Assembly (NCBI GenBank): GCA_963808625.1
Contig: CAWEHK010000039.1
Coordinates: 49,412-113,411, forward strand
DNA: 64,000 nt
Origin: an uncultured delta proteobacterium
Lineage (GTDB): Bacteria; Desulfobacterota; Syntrophobacteria; Syntrophobacterales; Syntrophobacteraceae
Reading direction: 5' to 3'
Both the position numbers and the translations under genes were made by a program. Each line of letters begins with the position of its first letter. Positions within the stretch are counted from its first letter, which is position 1. The notes beneath the pieces are model-generated. The model was not told the origin of the DNA. It saw only the letters and a program-made list of their open reading frames with translations, and made no database searches. Positions 22,400 through 32,400 of this stretch are shown one piece after another.

Positions 22400-22840
22400 T
22401 GGCTGATGTCGGATTTCGGGTTTCGGATGTGAGATGTGGGATGTGGGATTTCGGGAATTCGGGTATCGGATTGGGGTTTATGGGTGGCGGGTCTAAGATG
22501 GTGAATTCAATTCGTGTGTCTTTGTTAGTCTTCGTGTGACTTCGTGGACAGCTTTTGGGGAGATTTCGGATTTCGGATGTCGGATGTCGGATTTCGGATG
22601 TCGGATGTCGGATTTCGGATGTCGGATGTCGGATTTCGGATGTGAGATGTGGGATTTCGGATTGTGGGATTTCGGATGTGAGATGTGGGATTTCGGATGT
22701 GAGATGTGGGATTTCGGATTTCGGATGTGGGAATTCTGGCATCGGATTGGGGTTTATGGGTAGCGGGTCTGAGATGGTGAATTCATTCGTGTGTCTTCGT
22801 GTGACTTCGTGGACAGCTTTTGACTGGGATGTCGGATTTC
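22341..22840. repeat. Composite heptamer array (GGATTTC/GGATGTC/GGATGTG)n with a duplicated ~95-bp cassette
   Basis: Array 22341-22455, cassette 22455-22560, array 22561-22730, cassette copy 22731-22822. Confidence 0.92.
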
Positions 22841-22850
22841 AAGAGTCGGA

Positions 22851-24062
22851 GTGAAAGAACCAAGTGATGCATGCGGAAGCGAGGGCAGCGCAAGGATCTC
22901 CGACGTGCTGCCTGCCACCTTTCAGCACAGGAAGTTTTCTCGTTTCTGTGGACCAGCTTTTTGTTCGGGCACTGACCGAGCAGATTTTTTCCGGGGCCAG
23001 CCTGCTCGTAGCCACACCCGAGATAGATTTTGTTCCATAAGACCTGGGGGTACACGCATGATGGCGGCAGCAGGGTTGACGAGCACACGCGCTTTGACCT
23101 GGCATCCCTCACCAAGCCTCTGATTACGGCACCCCTTTGCATGCGCGCGGTCTCCGAAAGAAAGTTCGGCCCTTGATGACGGGCTGCAGTCATTTTTCCC
23201 TGCCGGTCTTCTAACAGCGGCTGCGAAGAGCATCACGATCAGACAATTATTGAGCCACTCCTCGGGGCTTCCCGCCTACGAGCCATTTTATCGCGAGCTC
23301 ATTGCGCTGGAGCCGTCACAGCGTCAGGATGATCTGCTCGCGAAGGTCCTGCGCACACCAGTGATGGCGAGACCGGGAGCGGCATCCTGTTACAGCGATC
23401 TCGGGTTCATGCTGCTGACCAGGGTCCTGGAAAGCGTTTACGGCTCGCCGTTAGATCACCTTGCTTCACCATCCTTGGCTTCGGAAGGTGACGGCTCGTT
23501 AGGATTTTACCGTTTGCGGGTCCCCACCGATCCGACCCTTGCACCGGAGCGCCTGGTGCCGGTCACGGGGGCGGTCGCCGCTACGGAATACTGTCCGTGG
23601 CGAAAGCGCCTGCTGGTGGGCGAAGTGCACGACGAAAACGCCTACTGCCTGGGCGGTGTGGCCGGCCACGCCGGGCTCTTCGGGAACGCCCACGGGATTT
23701 ATCGACTGCTGGTATTCCTCTGGAAGGTGCAACGCGGCAGCATCGAGCATCCGTTCTGGGTGCCCGAGGTCGTGCGGGAATTTTGGCGGAAGCAGTCGGC
23801 ACTTCCCAACGGGACCTGGACGCTGGGATTCGATACCCCCAGCCCGCAGAATTCGAGCGCCGGCAACTATTTTTCGCCCCGGAGCATCGGCCATTTGGGT
23901 TTCACGGGGACGTCCTTCTGGTTTGATCTCGACCGGGAAATTCTGATCATCCTCTTGACCAATCGTGTCTACCCGACGAGAGAAAACGAGCGTTTGAAAA
24001 GCTTCCGCCCTTTGCTGCACAATCTCGTGATGGAGACTTATGATGGAGCCTCAAGATATTAA
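22851..24062 (+). CDS. Serine hydrolase (beta-lactamase/AmpC family), split by indels; start uncertain
   Basis: FDLASLTKP (SxxK) near 23093, LLSHSSGL, YSDLGF, GHAGLF, GHLGFTGT, LTNRV. Confidence 0.85.
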
Positions 24063-25530
24063 GACAATTTATATGATGGGTGTCGGCGGCATTGCGATGG
24101 GAACGCTGGCCTCGATGCTCAGGGAGAAGGGCTTTCAGGTAACCGGGTCCGACCAGAATCTCTACCCGCCCATGAGTACCCATCTCGAAGCCCTGGGCAT
24201 TCCGATATGCCTCGGATACAATGCGGCCAACCTGGCGCGATCATCCCCGGACATCGTCATTGTCGGGAACGTGATTCGCCGGGACAATCCCGAAGCGCAG
24301 GTTATTCTGCAAAACGGTGTGCCCTATCTGTCCATGCCCCAGGCGCTTGCCCGCTTTTTTCTGACGCACCATGAGAGCATTGTCATTGCCGGGACCCACG
24401 GCAAGAGTACCACGTCGTCGCTGCTGGCCTGGGTGCTCGCCCATGCGGGGATGAAGCCGAGCGCTTTTATCGGCGCCTTTGTGAAAAACTGGCATGCCAG
24501 CTATCGGCTTGGAACCGGGCGCTACATGGTCATTGAAGGGGATGAGTACGATACCGCCTTCTTTGACAAGGGCCCGAAGTTTCTTCATTATCGGCCTCAG
24601 TTTGGGGTAATCACGAGCGTTGAATACGATCATGCCGATATTTTCCGTGACTTCCAGTCGGTCTTCAAAGCGTTTGAAGAATTCGTGAAACTCATTCCGC
24701 CATCCGGATACCTTGTGGTGAATGCCGATGATCGGCATTGTCTTGCCCTGAGCCGGGCGTGCCGAGGCAAAGTCTTCACCTATGGAGCTTCTGACCGGGC
24801 CGACTGGCGCCTCCTTGAAGTGAACTACCTGCCTGGGGCCGTCCGTTTCCGGTGCCGAAACCCGCTCTCGGGCGCCGAGGAAGAGATTGTCTCCGGGCTC
24901 CCCGGTCGCCACAATCTCGGGAACACGCTGGCGGCAATGGCCGTTGCCTCGCTTGTCGGTTTGAGTCGGCAGCAGTTTCAGGAAGCCCTGCTGGCTTTCC
25001 AGGGGGTCAAGAGGAGACAGGACATCGTGGGGGAATCCAACGGGGTCCTCATCATCGACGACTTTGCCCATCATCCCACGGCGGTTCAGGAAACGCTCCA
25101 GGCCCTGCACCGCTTTTATCCTGGTAAACGCGTGATTGCGGCCTTTGAACCGCGAACCAATTCCAGCCGCCGCGCGGTATTCCAGGACGCCTACGCGGCC
25201 GCCTTCGATGAAGCCCACTGTACCTGCATCAAGGAACCTCCGGGTATGGAAGCCATTGCCGAGGGGGAGCGACTGAATGCCAGGCAACTGGTTGAGGACA
25301 TCAAGAAGCGCGGGAACGAAGCTTATTTTTTTCAAAGCACGGAAGACCTTTCCAGCTTTCTCAGAGGCTATTGCGCTCCCGGAGACATGGTCGTCTGCAT
25401 GAGTAACGGCAGTTTCGACGGCCTGCCTCATGACTTGCTGCGGGCGCTGGAGCAAGTAGGAAGTAGGCTAAGGAGTAGGCACACGGAGCAGCATTCAGGA
25501 GTTGGGAGTAAGAATAAGGAGAGGGAATAG
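24040..25530 (+). CDS. mpl: Murein tripeptide ligase Mpl
   Basis: GVGGIAMG, YPPMST, AGTHGKST, EGDEYDTAFFDK, DDFAHHPT, EPRTNS, MSNGSF. Confidence 0.93.
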   Translation: MMEPQDIKTIYMMGVGGIAMGTLASMLREKGFQVTGSDQNLYPPMSTHLEALGIPICLGYNAANLARSSPDIVIVGNVIRRDNPEAQVILQNGVPYLSMPQALARFFLTHHESIVIAGTHGKSTTSSLLAWVLAHAGMKPSAFIGAFVKNWHASYRLGTGRYMVIEGDEYDTAFFDKGPKFLHYRPQFGVITSVEYDHADIFRDFQSVFKAFEEFVKLIPPSGYLVVNADDRHCLALSRACRGKVFTYGASDRADWRLLEVNYLPGAVRFRCRNPLSGAEEEIVSGLPGRHNLGNTLAAMAVASLVGLSRQQFQEALLAFQGVKRRQDIVGESNGVLIIDDFAHHPTAVQETLQALHRFYPGKRVIAAFEPRTNSSRRAVFQDAYAAAFDEAHCTCIKEPPGMEAIAEGERLNARQLVEDIKKRGNEAYFFQSTEDLSSFLRGYCAPGDMVVCMSNGSFDGLPHDLLRALEQVGSRLRSRHTEQHSGVGSKNKERE

Positions 25531-25587
25531 AGGGGGCGAGTTCATCTCCTCCCCAGAGTATGCTGTTGAACCGTTAGGCAAAAGGTT

Positions 25588-26184
25588 TTGGTGAACATGC
25601 GGATCACTGTTAAGGGTCTAAAATTGCCAAAAATTCTCCTCCATACCTGCTGCGCACCCTGCACCATCTATCCTCTGGCACAACTCCGCGAAGCGGGATG
25701 GCAGGTCCACGGCTTCTTCTTTAACCCGCATATTCAGCCCTACCAGGAATTGCAGCAGCGCCTGACCACCCTGGAATCATTTGCCTTGCAGGAAGGGCTC
25801 GAGATCATCATCCGCGCCGACTATGAGCTCGAGCGTTTCCTCAGGCAGGTGGTGTTTCGCGAACATCAGCGCTGCCTCTATTGTTACGCGAGGCGGCTTG
25901 AAGCGGCGGCTCGCCTGGCGAAAAAGAGCCGGTTCGACGCCTTCACGACGACGCTGCTTTACAGCAGGAGGCAAAAACACGACCTGGTGCGTGACCTGGC
26001 AGAAGCGGTGTCCAGGCAATTTGGCATACCATTTTACTACGAGGATTTCCGCGAAGGCTGGAAAACGGGCCAGGAGCAGGCCCGCCTTGCAGGGATGTAT
26101 CGCCAGCAATACTGCGGGTGCATCTTCAGTGAAAAAGAACGCTACGTGAGCGGGAAACGGCGACGAGTAACACCGGCGGAATGA
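25588..26184 (+). CDS. queH: Epoxyqueuosine reductase QueH (DUF208)
   Basis: LLHTCCAPC, FNPHIQP, RCLYCY, FTTTL, YRQQYCGC; true start may be TTG near 25624. Confidence 0.92.
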   Translation: MVNMRITVKGLKLPKILLHTCCAPCTIYPLAQLREAGWQVHGFFFNPHIQPYQELQQRLTTLESFALQEGLEIIIRADYELERFLRQVVFREHQRCLYCYARRLEAAARLAKKSRFDAFTTTLLYSRRQKHDLVRDLAEAVSRQFGIPFYYEDFREGWKTGQEQARLAGMYRQQYCGCIFSEKERYVSGKRRRVTPAE

Positions 26185-26192
26185 CTGCGGCT

Positions 26193-26492
26193 TTAGCTTT
26201 CCTTTTCGTCCTCGACCATGCGGATAGCCTTGGTCGGGCATTCCTCGGCACAGATCCCACAGCCTTTGCAGTACTCGAGATCGATTTCAACCGGAATCGT
26301 GCGCTTCACCACCGCGTCCGGACAATAAAGCCAGCAGATGTAACATGAGGGACGCTTATTCCTGCTGGGAGTGCACTTGCCATGATCGATCTCCGGCCGC
26401 AGCGTGCGCCAGTCCCCGGTCCGACCACCTTCGCCTTTGCATAATTTGGAATGAGCGTGGGTAAAATCGTCTTTTTTATGTTTGCTATCCAT
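26193..26492 (-). CDS. porD: 2-oxoacid:ferredoxin oxidoreductase delta subunit (2x[4Fe-4S])
   Basis: TGDWRTLRP, CYICWLYCPD, DLEYCKGCGICAEECP. Confidence 0.88.
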   Translation of the reverse strand: MDSKHKKDDFTHAHSKLCKGEGGRTGDWRTLRPEIDHGKCTPSRNKRPSCYICWLYCPDAVVKRTIPVEIDLEYCKGCGICAEECPTKAIRMVEDEKES

Positions 26493-26637
26493 TGCGTTTT
26501 TCCGGAATTGTTAATGCATCCGTTATCAAATGAGCCATCCCAATCTTCGAGGTTGGGAGCTCTCACCGCCGCCGTGTCAACCCGGCTTTCTTTCCCCTAT
26601 CCACGATTCGCTTTACGAAATTCGATTGTGCAACCAA

Positions 26638-27231
26638 TCAGGCGCAAGCAAGCTGGCATTCATCCACGATCATGGTGCCTTCGTAAGCGAGCCAGGCACC
26701 CCGAATGTTCTTGTCTGCCGCTTGACCCGGAAAATGAAGGCGCAGGGCCTTTTCAATGCTATCCATGCTGATCAGGCCGGTGGCCCGTGAAAACCCCCCG
26801 AGAATGGTCGTATTGAAAAGCACTGCTCCCGACACAATCAGACCGGCTTCTTTCGCCCAGTCGGTAGCGTTGGTCGTGGCAATGTTGACGGCCGTGTTCA
26901 GCTGAATCGCTTCAGGCAGCTTACCGGTGTTGACGATCACGATTCCATCCGGACGGATGCCGGAGGCCACATTAACCACCTTCAGCAGGGTTTCATCCAA
27001 AACGACCACGATATCGGGATATTCCACCAGCGAAAAGGTTTTGACCGGTTCCCGGCCAAATCGGTTCGAAGCTATGACCGGGGCCCCTCGTCGTTCCGCC
27101 CCGAAAAAGGGGGCCGCGGTCACCCCTTTGTAGCCCTCGTAGTAGGCTGCTTCCGCCAGGATCATCGCTGCGGTGACAGCTCCCTGCCCGCCGCGTCCAT
27201 GCCATCTCACCTCGATATACTTTCGCTTCAT
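26638..27231 (-). CDS. porC: 2-oxoacid:ferredoxin oxidoreductase gamma subunit
   Basis: EVRWHGRGGQGAVTA, PFFGAERRGAPV, PDIVVVLD, NTTILG. Confidence 0.9.
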   Translation of the reverse strand: MKRKYIEVRWHGRGGQGAVTAAMILAEAAYYEGYKGVTAAPFFGAERRGAPVIASNRFGREPVKTFSLVEYPDIVVVLDETLLKVVNVASGIRPDGIVIVNTGKLPEAIQLNTAVNIATTNATDWAKEAGLIVSGAVLFNTTILGGFSRATGLISMDSIEKALRLHFPGQAADKNIRGAWLAYEGTMIVDECQLACA

Positions 27232-27506
27232 CTTGATTTGTTCCCGCCTGTTATCTTAGAATGACACAGTAACGATATCACGCCCGGCAATTCTCCTCTC
27301 ACGGGACATCCGGCCCTCGCCGTGGGGGCTTAAGCAAAAATTTTCTGCGAGGCCGGAATCGCTCTATTTGAACTGCGCTCACGTTTAATATCCGGTTGCC
27401 AAACTTGAGTCAACAGGAGAAAGCGCCTTGCCGGGCGACGAGCGAGGGAATGGCAGCCTGTTTTGGTTATTCCTCACCGGTGCGGCCGCTATTATGGAGT
27501 CACATC

Positions 27507-29345
27507 ATGTTCCGGATTAAAAGCCTGCAGCAACGCCTGGCGATCTTCCTTCTGCTTCCGGTGGCGTTGTTGCTCTTTGCCATGATTTCCCTTGGCTTCA
27601 GCTATGCGAGGGAGAACCTGCTCACAGAATGGCGACAGGTCGCTATTCTCCAGTTGGGGCGGGCGGCCCATGCCATTGACATGCGTTTGAGTCACCCCAA
27701 GGAATGGTTGCAGATGTACCTGTATATCGGCGGCGATGATTATTCGGAATCCGTGCGCGAGCGTTTGGTGGAAGGCCTGAGAGAGATGGATGGGGTGGCG
27801 CGTGTCAATGTGGTTTGGTTCGATCAAGGAATTCCTCCTCCTGAAGCGGGTGGCCGGGGCTTTTCCCGAGGTCAGGGAGGCCATGGCATGGGGATGGGGA
27901 GCAGCAGGGGAGGCATGCACTTCAGACGAACCGGGCCCATCGAGATTTCGTCTCCGCGTTACGATTCCCTCGTCGATCATGAGACGATTTCATTGACGGC
28001 GGACCTTACGAGAGAAGACGGGGAGATTTTTGGTAAGCTCGAAGTGGCCATTCGCTTTGACTATCTCGTTGAAGATGTCAAATCCTCAAAATGGTGGCAG
28101 AGCGGTAAAGCTTTTCTGGTTGATCAGACGGGGAAGGTGCTCTTCTGTAATGATCCTGAGCAGCGCAGACAACTGGGGAACTCCGACGATCCTCTGGAAC
28201 GGGCGACCCTGGAGGCCATGCAGCGAAGGCCTTTCGGCACGCTGTTCGGGCAAGGTCATCCACCGCATGAGGTGAGCGGTTTTTTTAAACTGAGAGAAGC
28301 CCCCTGGTCTATTGTTGTCATGGCACCCGGAAAGGAGCTCCTCGCTCCCATTCTTCGCTTTCGAAATTACTTCTTTGCCGGCGGCGCCGTTTTTTTCCTT
28401 TTCATCCTCCTGCTGATGCGGCTGATTACCGGGCACACGGTATCCTCCATTAAGGCGGTGGCCAGGGCCGCCGAAAAGATTGCCACCGGGGCCCCCACGC
28501 CGCACTTGCCGGTGAAGACACAGGACGAGGTGGGACAGTTGATCGAGAGCTTCAACACCATGGCCCTTCAGCTCGAAGAGCGCATCCGGTTGAAGGAGGC
28601 GCTGGACCTGGCAATGCAGGTGCAGCAGAGCCTCCTCCCGAAGGACGCTCCGCAAACCGAAGGCTTGGACATTGCCGGCAGGAGCATTTACTGCGACGAA
28701 ACGGGAGGCGACTATTACGATTTTCTGGAGTTTTCCGAGCTCGAAGGACGTCTTGGTGTGGTCGTGGGCGATGTCGCCGGCCACGGTATCGCCGCTGCCC
28801 TGATCATGGCCACGGTGCGGTCGCTCCTCCGCAGCCGGGTAACGCAACCGGGTACTCTTTCCGAGATAATCACGGACGTCAATCGCCTGCTCTGTCTGGA
28901 TACTTCCCAGACGGCAAGCTTCATGACCCTCTTTTTCATGCTGGCGGACCGTGTCAACCGCAAGATCAATTGGGTGCGGGCCGGTCACGACCCGGCAATC
29001 ATCTATGACACCGCGAGCGACCTCTTCAGCGAACTGCGTGGCAGCGGCATCGCCCTGGGGGTTGATGAAACCCTCGTTTTTCATGAATACGAATATGGTG
29101 GCTGGGCTGATGGTCAAATCATGGTCATCGGCACCGACGGCATTTGGGAAGCGGAGAACGATCACGGGGAGATGTTTGGAAAGGACCGCCTGCGCGAGCT
29201 CATGCGAGAACGCCGAGACGATTCCGCGCAGGAAATTCTGCAGACCATCACCGAAGCCCTTACCGAATTCCGTCGAACCGCACCGCAGCAGGACGACATA
29301 ACTCTGGTTGTGGTCAAAACTGAATCCTTGCCCAGGCACATCTGA
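27507..29345 (+). CDS. Membrane PP2C/SpoIIE (RsbU-like) phosphatase with Cache and HAMP domains
   Basis: 2 TM helices, DEVGQLIESFNTM, VQQSLLP, GGDYYD, GDVAGHG, RAGH, TDGIWE, DDIT. Confidence 0.92.
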   Translation: MFRIKSLQQRLAIFLLLPVALLLFAMISLGFSYARENLLTEWRQVAILQLGRAAHAIDMRLSHPKEWLQMYLYIGGDDYSESVRERLVEGLREMDGVARVNVVWFDQGIPPPEAGGRGFSRGQGGHGMGMGSSRGGMHFRRTGPIEISSPRYDSLVDHETISLTADLTREDGEIFGKLEVAIRFDYLVEDVKSSKWWQSGKAFLVDQTGKVLFCNDPEQRRQLGNSDDPLERATLEAMQRRPFGTLFGQGHPPHEVSGFFKLREAPWSIVVMAPGKELLAPILRFRNYFFAGGAVFFLFILLLMRLITGHTVSSIKAVARAAEKIATGAPTPHLPVKTQDEVGQLIESFNTMALQLEERIRLKEALDLAMQVQQSLLPKDAPQTEGLDIAGRSIYCDETGGDYYDFLEFSELEGRLGVVVGDVAGHGIAAALIMATVRSLLRSRVTQPGTLSEIITDVNRLLCLDTSQTASFMTLFFMLADRVNRKINWVRAGHDPAIIYDTASDLFSELRGSGIALGVDETLVFHEYEYGGWADGQIMVIGTDGIWEAENDHGEMFGKDRLRELMRERRDDSAQEILQTITEALTEFRRTAPQQDDITLVVVKTESLPRHI

Positions 29346-29490
29346 GCTCGAAGTCTCTCTGAGCTCGAGGTCTCAAAGTTCCCATTTGCTTTCGTGTGAA
29401 GATTATTATATTGTGTTCGAGTGTCTGAGGAAGACGGGCTTGATCTCAATATTTACGAATGTTAGCCAGAACTCGAGAGGAGAAGGGAAG

Positions 29491-29673
29491 ATGACGGAAA
29501 AAAGGGAAGTTTGTCACTGTGAAAAATGTGGTAACGAGGCAGAAATGACCGTAACGTGTGAGTTACTCGAGGTTGAAGTTGCGCCCAAAGTGGTCAAGAA
29601 GCAGGAAAAGCAGCATCGGGTGTGTTCGGTATGCGGCAATGAAGCCGATATGATCATCGACTTTGGCGAGTAG
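29491..29673 (+). CDS. 60-aa zinc-ribbon-like protein
   Basis: Purine-rich RBS (GAGGAGAAGGGAAG); CEKCGNEAEM and CSVCGNEADM internal repeat. Confidence 0.75.
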   Translation: MTEKREVCHCEKCGNEAEMTVTCELLEVEVAPKVVKKQEKQHRVCSVCGNEADMIIDFGE

Positions 29674-29924
29674 CGAAGCCTCTTTTCTGCCATCACTTTA
29701 TATTTTGGGCGTCGGAAGAGCAAACCCGGCGCCCAAAGTGTTTTATCAAAAGTCCATCCCCCCTGATAGGGCGGTCCTGCCTCGCTCATCGGTAATCCTG
29801 TAGACCTCAAAAGCCAGAAAGCGGTCTGTGCCTGCGGGTGCGGTGGTCAGCAATTCAAAGACCCGGACGGAGGGAGGAGTGAGCATATGGTGGCTCTCAA
29901 AGGGGCGATGCCAGGGTCTCCTGG

Positions 29925-30158
29925 TTAGGCTTGCTGCTCCGGTGTCTTTTTGCTTTTGCTTTTCTTGGTCGAGCTGGGCTTTTTTTCTTTCTTTGGTTTC
30001 GTGCTTTTCTTTGAGGTGCTTTTCTTTGCCGTGCTCTTTTTTGCCTGCCCCTCCTCGGTCATCTGCCCCGAGGTTCCCTGTGCTGAAACACTGATAGGAA
30101 CTACAAACGTACCTGCAGTAAACAGAATTGCAACCAACATCGATAACATTTTTTTCAT
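29925..30158 (-). CDS. Small secreted Lys-rich protein
   Basis: AGGAG RBS, signal peptide MKKMLSML...VSA, tail rich in KK/KS. Confidence 0.7.
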   Translation of the reverse strand: MKKMLSMLVAILFTAGTFVVPISVSAQGTSGQMTEEGQAKKSTAKKSTSKKSTKPKKEKKPSSTKKSKSKKTPEQQA

Positions 30159-30319
30159 CCCAAACTCCTTTTCTGTAATTCGTTAACCCTCGCCCCTTTG
30201 AGAGTGTAACGGAAATGGTTGGCTGCATACTTATTCTTGAGGCAAGCGTCTGTCTAGCCGGAAAACCCTGATTATCAGCGTCGAAATGCCTGATTCTGAC
30301 TTTCGGAAATCCTGACGGG

Positions 30320-30471
30320 GGATTTCGGATGTCGGATTTCGGATGTCGGATTTCGGATTTGGGATGTGGGATGTGGGATGTGGGATGTGGGATGTGGGAT
30401 TTCGGATGTCGGATGTCGGATGTGGGATGTGGGATGTCGGATGTCGGATTTCGGGTGTGTGATGTGGGATG
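30320..30471. repeat. Heptamer tandem array (GGATTTC/GGATGTC/GGATGTG)n
   Basis: About 21 units of the same family as 22341 and 34281. Confidence 0.92.
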
Positions 30472-30603
30472 GAAATTTGTGATGTTGCTTGTCGCAAACC
30501 CTGATGGAGACGAGCAGACCTGCGTCATCTCCAGAGAGCCTGAACGCAGGGTGGCAAAGTCCCTGGCAGGCTGTCGGAAATATCTCGCAAAGGCCCACTG
30601 TCC

Positions 30604-30672
30604 GTCATTCCGGTGAAAACCGGAATCCAGGCTCTGCAAGGCTCTCTGGACCCCGGCTTCTGCTGGGGTGAC
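30604..30672. repeat. GTCATTCC palindromic element, copy 2
   Basis: GTCATTCCGGTGAAAACCGGAATCCAGGCTCTGCAAGGCT...CTGGACCCCGGCTT...GGGGTGAC. Confidence 0.85.
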
Positions 30673-30699
30673 GTTGAAAGCGGGTATTTCAACACCCGG

Positions 30700-31101
30700 C
30701 TAAGGTTCGGTCGATTCACCGAAGTCCCTGGTCCACTGTTCGATTTCTTTGTAAATGGAGCCCTTCGGGTAGAAGTCAAGAGCGCCCATCTGCTTGATGC
30801 GGACCATGTCTTCGTCGGGCAGGAAGCCGCCGGCGGTGACCCGGATGTGGGAAACTCCATTTTCATCCAGCAGTTTGAAAAGCCGGGCGAAGTCTTCAAG
30901 GTTGGCTCCCGGCAGGGTGGTGATCCCGATATGATCAACGGCTTCCTGGATTGCCGAGGCGACGATCGCCCGGGGATCTTGAAGATCGGTGTAGACGACC
31001 TCAAAGCCGGCCTCGCTGCAGGCACCGGCAAGTTTGAGCATGGCGTTCTCATAACCGCTGCCGAACCTCGCAATCAAAACCCTGAGCTTTCTCCTGGCCA
31101 T
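30700..31101 (-). CDS. Cobalamin-binding domain protein (methylmalonyl-CoA mutase C-terminal-like), lacking DxHxxG
   Basis: AGFEVVYT, AIQEAVDHIG, GGFLPDED; ARFGSGYEN in place of AKPGLDGHD. Confidence 0.8.
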   Translation of the reverse strand: MARRKLRVLIARFGSGYENAMLKLAGACSEAGFEVVYTDLQDPRAIVASAIQEAVDHIGITTLPGANLEDFARLFKLLDENGVSHIRVTAGGFLPDEDMVRIKQMGALDFYPKGSIYKEIEQWTRDFGESTEP

Positions 31102-31248
31102 GAGCTGGTCCTTTCAAATTGATTGGGTAATGGGCTGGTCTGTTGACTGAGAAAAGGCGGTGCGCCAACGTTGCTATCAGGGTGAGAATTAGTCGCGGGA
31201 CGGGCAAAAGTCAAATATTTCCGCGCAGGAATTCCCGCACTTTCGAAT

Positions 31249-31287
31249 GTCACGCAAACTCACACCTGCCGTAACAAGACTGTAACA
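31249..31287 (+). promoter_or_regulatory. Pho-box-like array upstream of pstS
   Basis: GTCAC 31249, TCACA 31260, GTAAC 31271, GTAAC 31282 (11-bp period). Confidence 0.75.
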
Positions 31288-31393
31288 ATCGCCTTTTAAA
31301 CTCTTATCGAAAGTCGCGGTGCGCCGGGTTTTTGAGCAACATTTGGGAGCATGACAAATAGCAAACGAGAATGGAAAGGTATAGAGGAGTGGC

Positions 31394-32212
31394 ATGATGA
31401 GAGCGAAGTGGCTGGTTTTGGCTGCAGTATCTTTGGTATGTTTGATGGCAGGCGGCGCCTCGGCAGGGACGATCCGGATGGATGGGTCGACGACGGTGTT
31501 GCCGATCGCACAGAAGCTCGTGGAAGCTTACATGAAAGAACATCCCGAGGTGAACATCAGTGTCTCCGGAGGCGGCTCGGGGAACGGGATCAAAGCACTC
31601 ATTGACGGGACTACCAACATTGCCAATAGTTCCCGTTTTATGAAGGATGAGGAGGTCAAACTGGCCTTCGAAAAAGGGGTCTATCCGGTGCCTTTCGCCA
31701 TTGCCTATGACTGTATTGTTCCTGTGGTGCATCCCGATAATCCCCTTACCGATATTTCCATGGCCCAGCTCAAGGCGATCTACATGGGTGAGATCAAGAA
31801 CTGGAAGGAAGTGGGTGGTCCGGATAGAGAAATTGTCGTCATCTCACGGGATACTTCATCCGGTACCTATGAGGTGTGGGAAGAGAAAGTAATGAAGAAG
31901 GAACGCGTCTATGCGGGGGCTCTGCTGCAGGCTTCCAGCGGGGCGGTGGCGCAGGCCGTTTCCAAAAATAAGAATGCACTCGGCTACCTTGGCATCGGTT
32001 ACGTGGATAAGAGTGTGAAGGCGCTCACCGTGAATGGTATCCAGGGGAATGAGGAAACGGCGCTCAGCGGAAAATTTCCTGTCTCCCGTGCGCTCTTCAT
32101 GTTCACTCAGGGATGGCCGAGTGGAGACATCCTCAATTTTATCAACTACGTCCTCAATCCGCAGAAGGGGCAGAAATTCGTGCACGAGGCCGGATTCGTT
32201 CCGTTGTATTAA
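31394..32212 (+). CDS. pstS: Phosphate ABC transporter substrate-binding protein
   Basis: Signal peptide, DGSTTV, GGGSGNG, NSSR, SRDTSSGT. Confidence 0.95.
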   Translation: MMRAKWLVLAAVSLVCLMAGGASAGTIRMDGSTTVLPIAQKLVEAYMKEHPEVNISVSGGGSGNGIKALIDGTTNIANSSRFMKDEEVKLAFEKGVYPVPFAIAYDCIVPVVHPDNPLTDISMAQLKAIYMGEIKNWKEVGGPDREIVVISRDTSSGTYEVWEEKVMKKERVYAGALLQASSGAVAQAVSKNKNALGYLGIGYVDKSVKALTVNGIQGNEETALSGKFPVSRALFMFTQGWPSGDILNFINYVLNPQKGQKFVHEAGFVPLY

Positions 32213-32247
32213 CGCGATCAAAACGAGGATCGAAGGCGGAGAAAAAC

Positions 32248-32329
32248 GGGGGCGGGGATAAACCCCGCCGCTACAGGGTATGGGGATGGTGGTGGTCAGG
32301 CGCGTTAGGGGCGGACTTTAAGTCCGCCT
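32248..32329. repeat. GTAG-type REP pair between pstS and pstC
   Basis: GGCGGGG-ATAAA-CCCCGCC-GCTAC and TTAGGGGCGGAC-TTTAA-GTCCGCC. Confidence 0.65.
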
Positions 32330-32400
32330 GAGCAGGTTTGAATGACGGATACTGGCGGTTCTCTCGCATCATAGGGCAGGGAAGGCAGCGTGAAGGGTAA

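Noticed and set aside
22341..22840. CRISPR array
   Set aside because: Tandem 7-mers, and the intervening cassettes are copies of each other rather than unique spacers; no cas genes
22287..22854. ORFs with SEIRHPT/MSDFGCR repeats (also at 29746-30639, 34008-34628, 34755-35117)
   Set aside because: Artefacts of stop-free heptamer arrays
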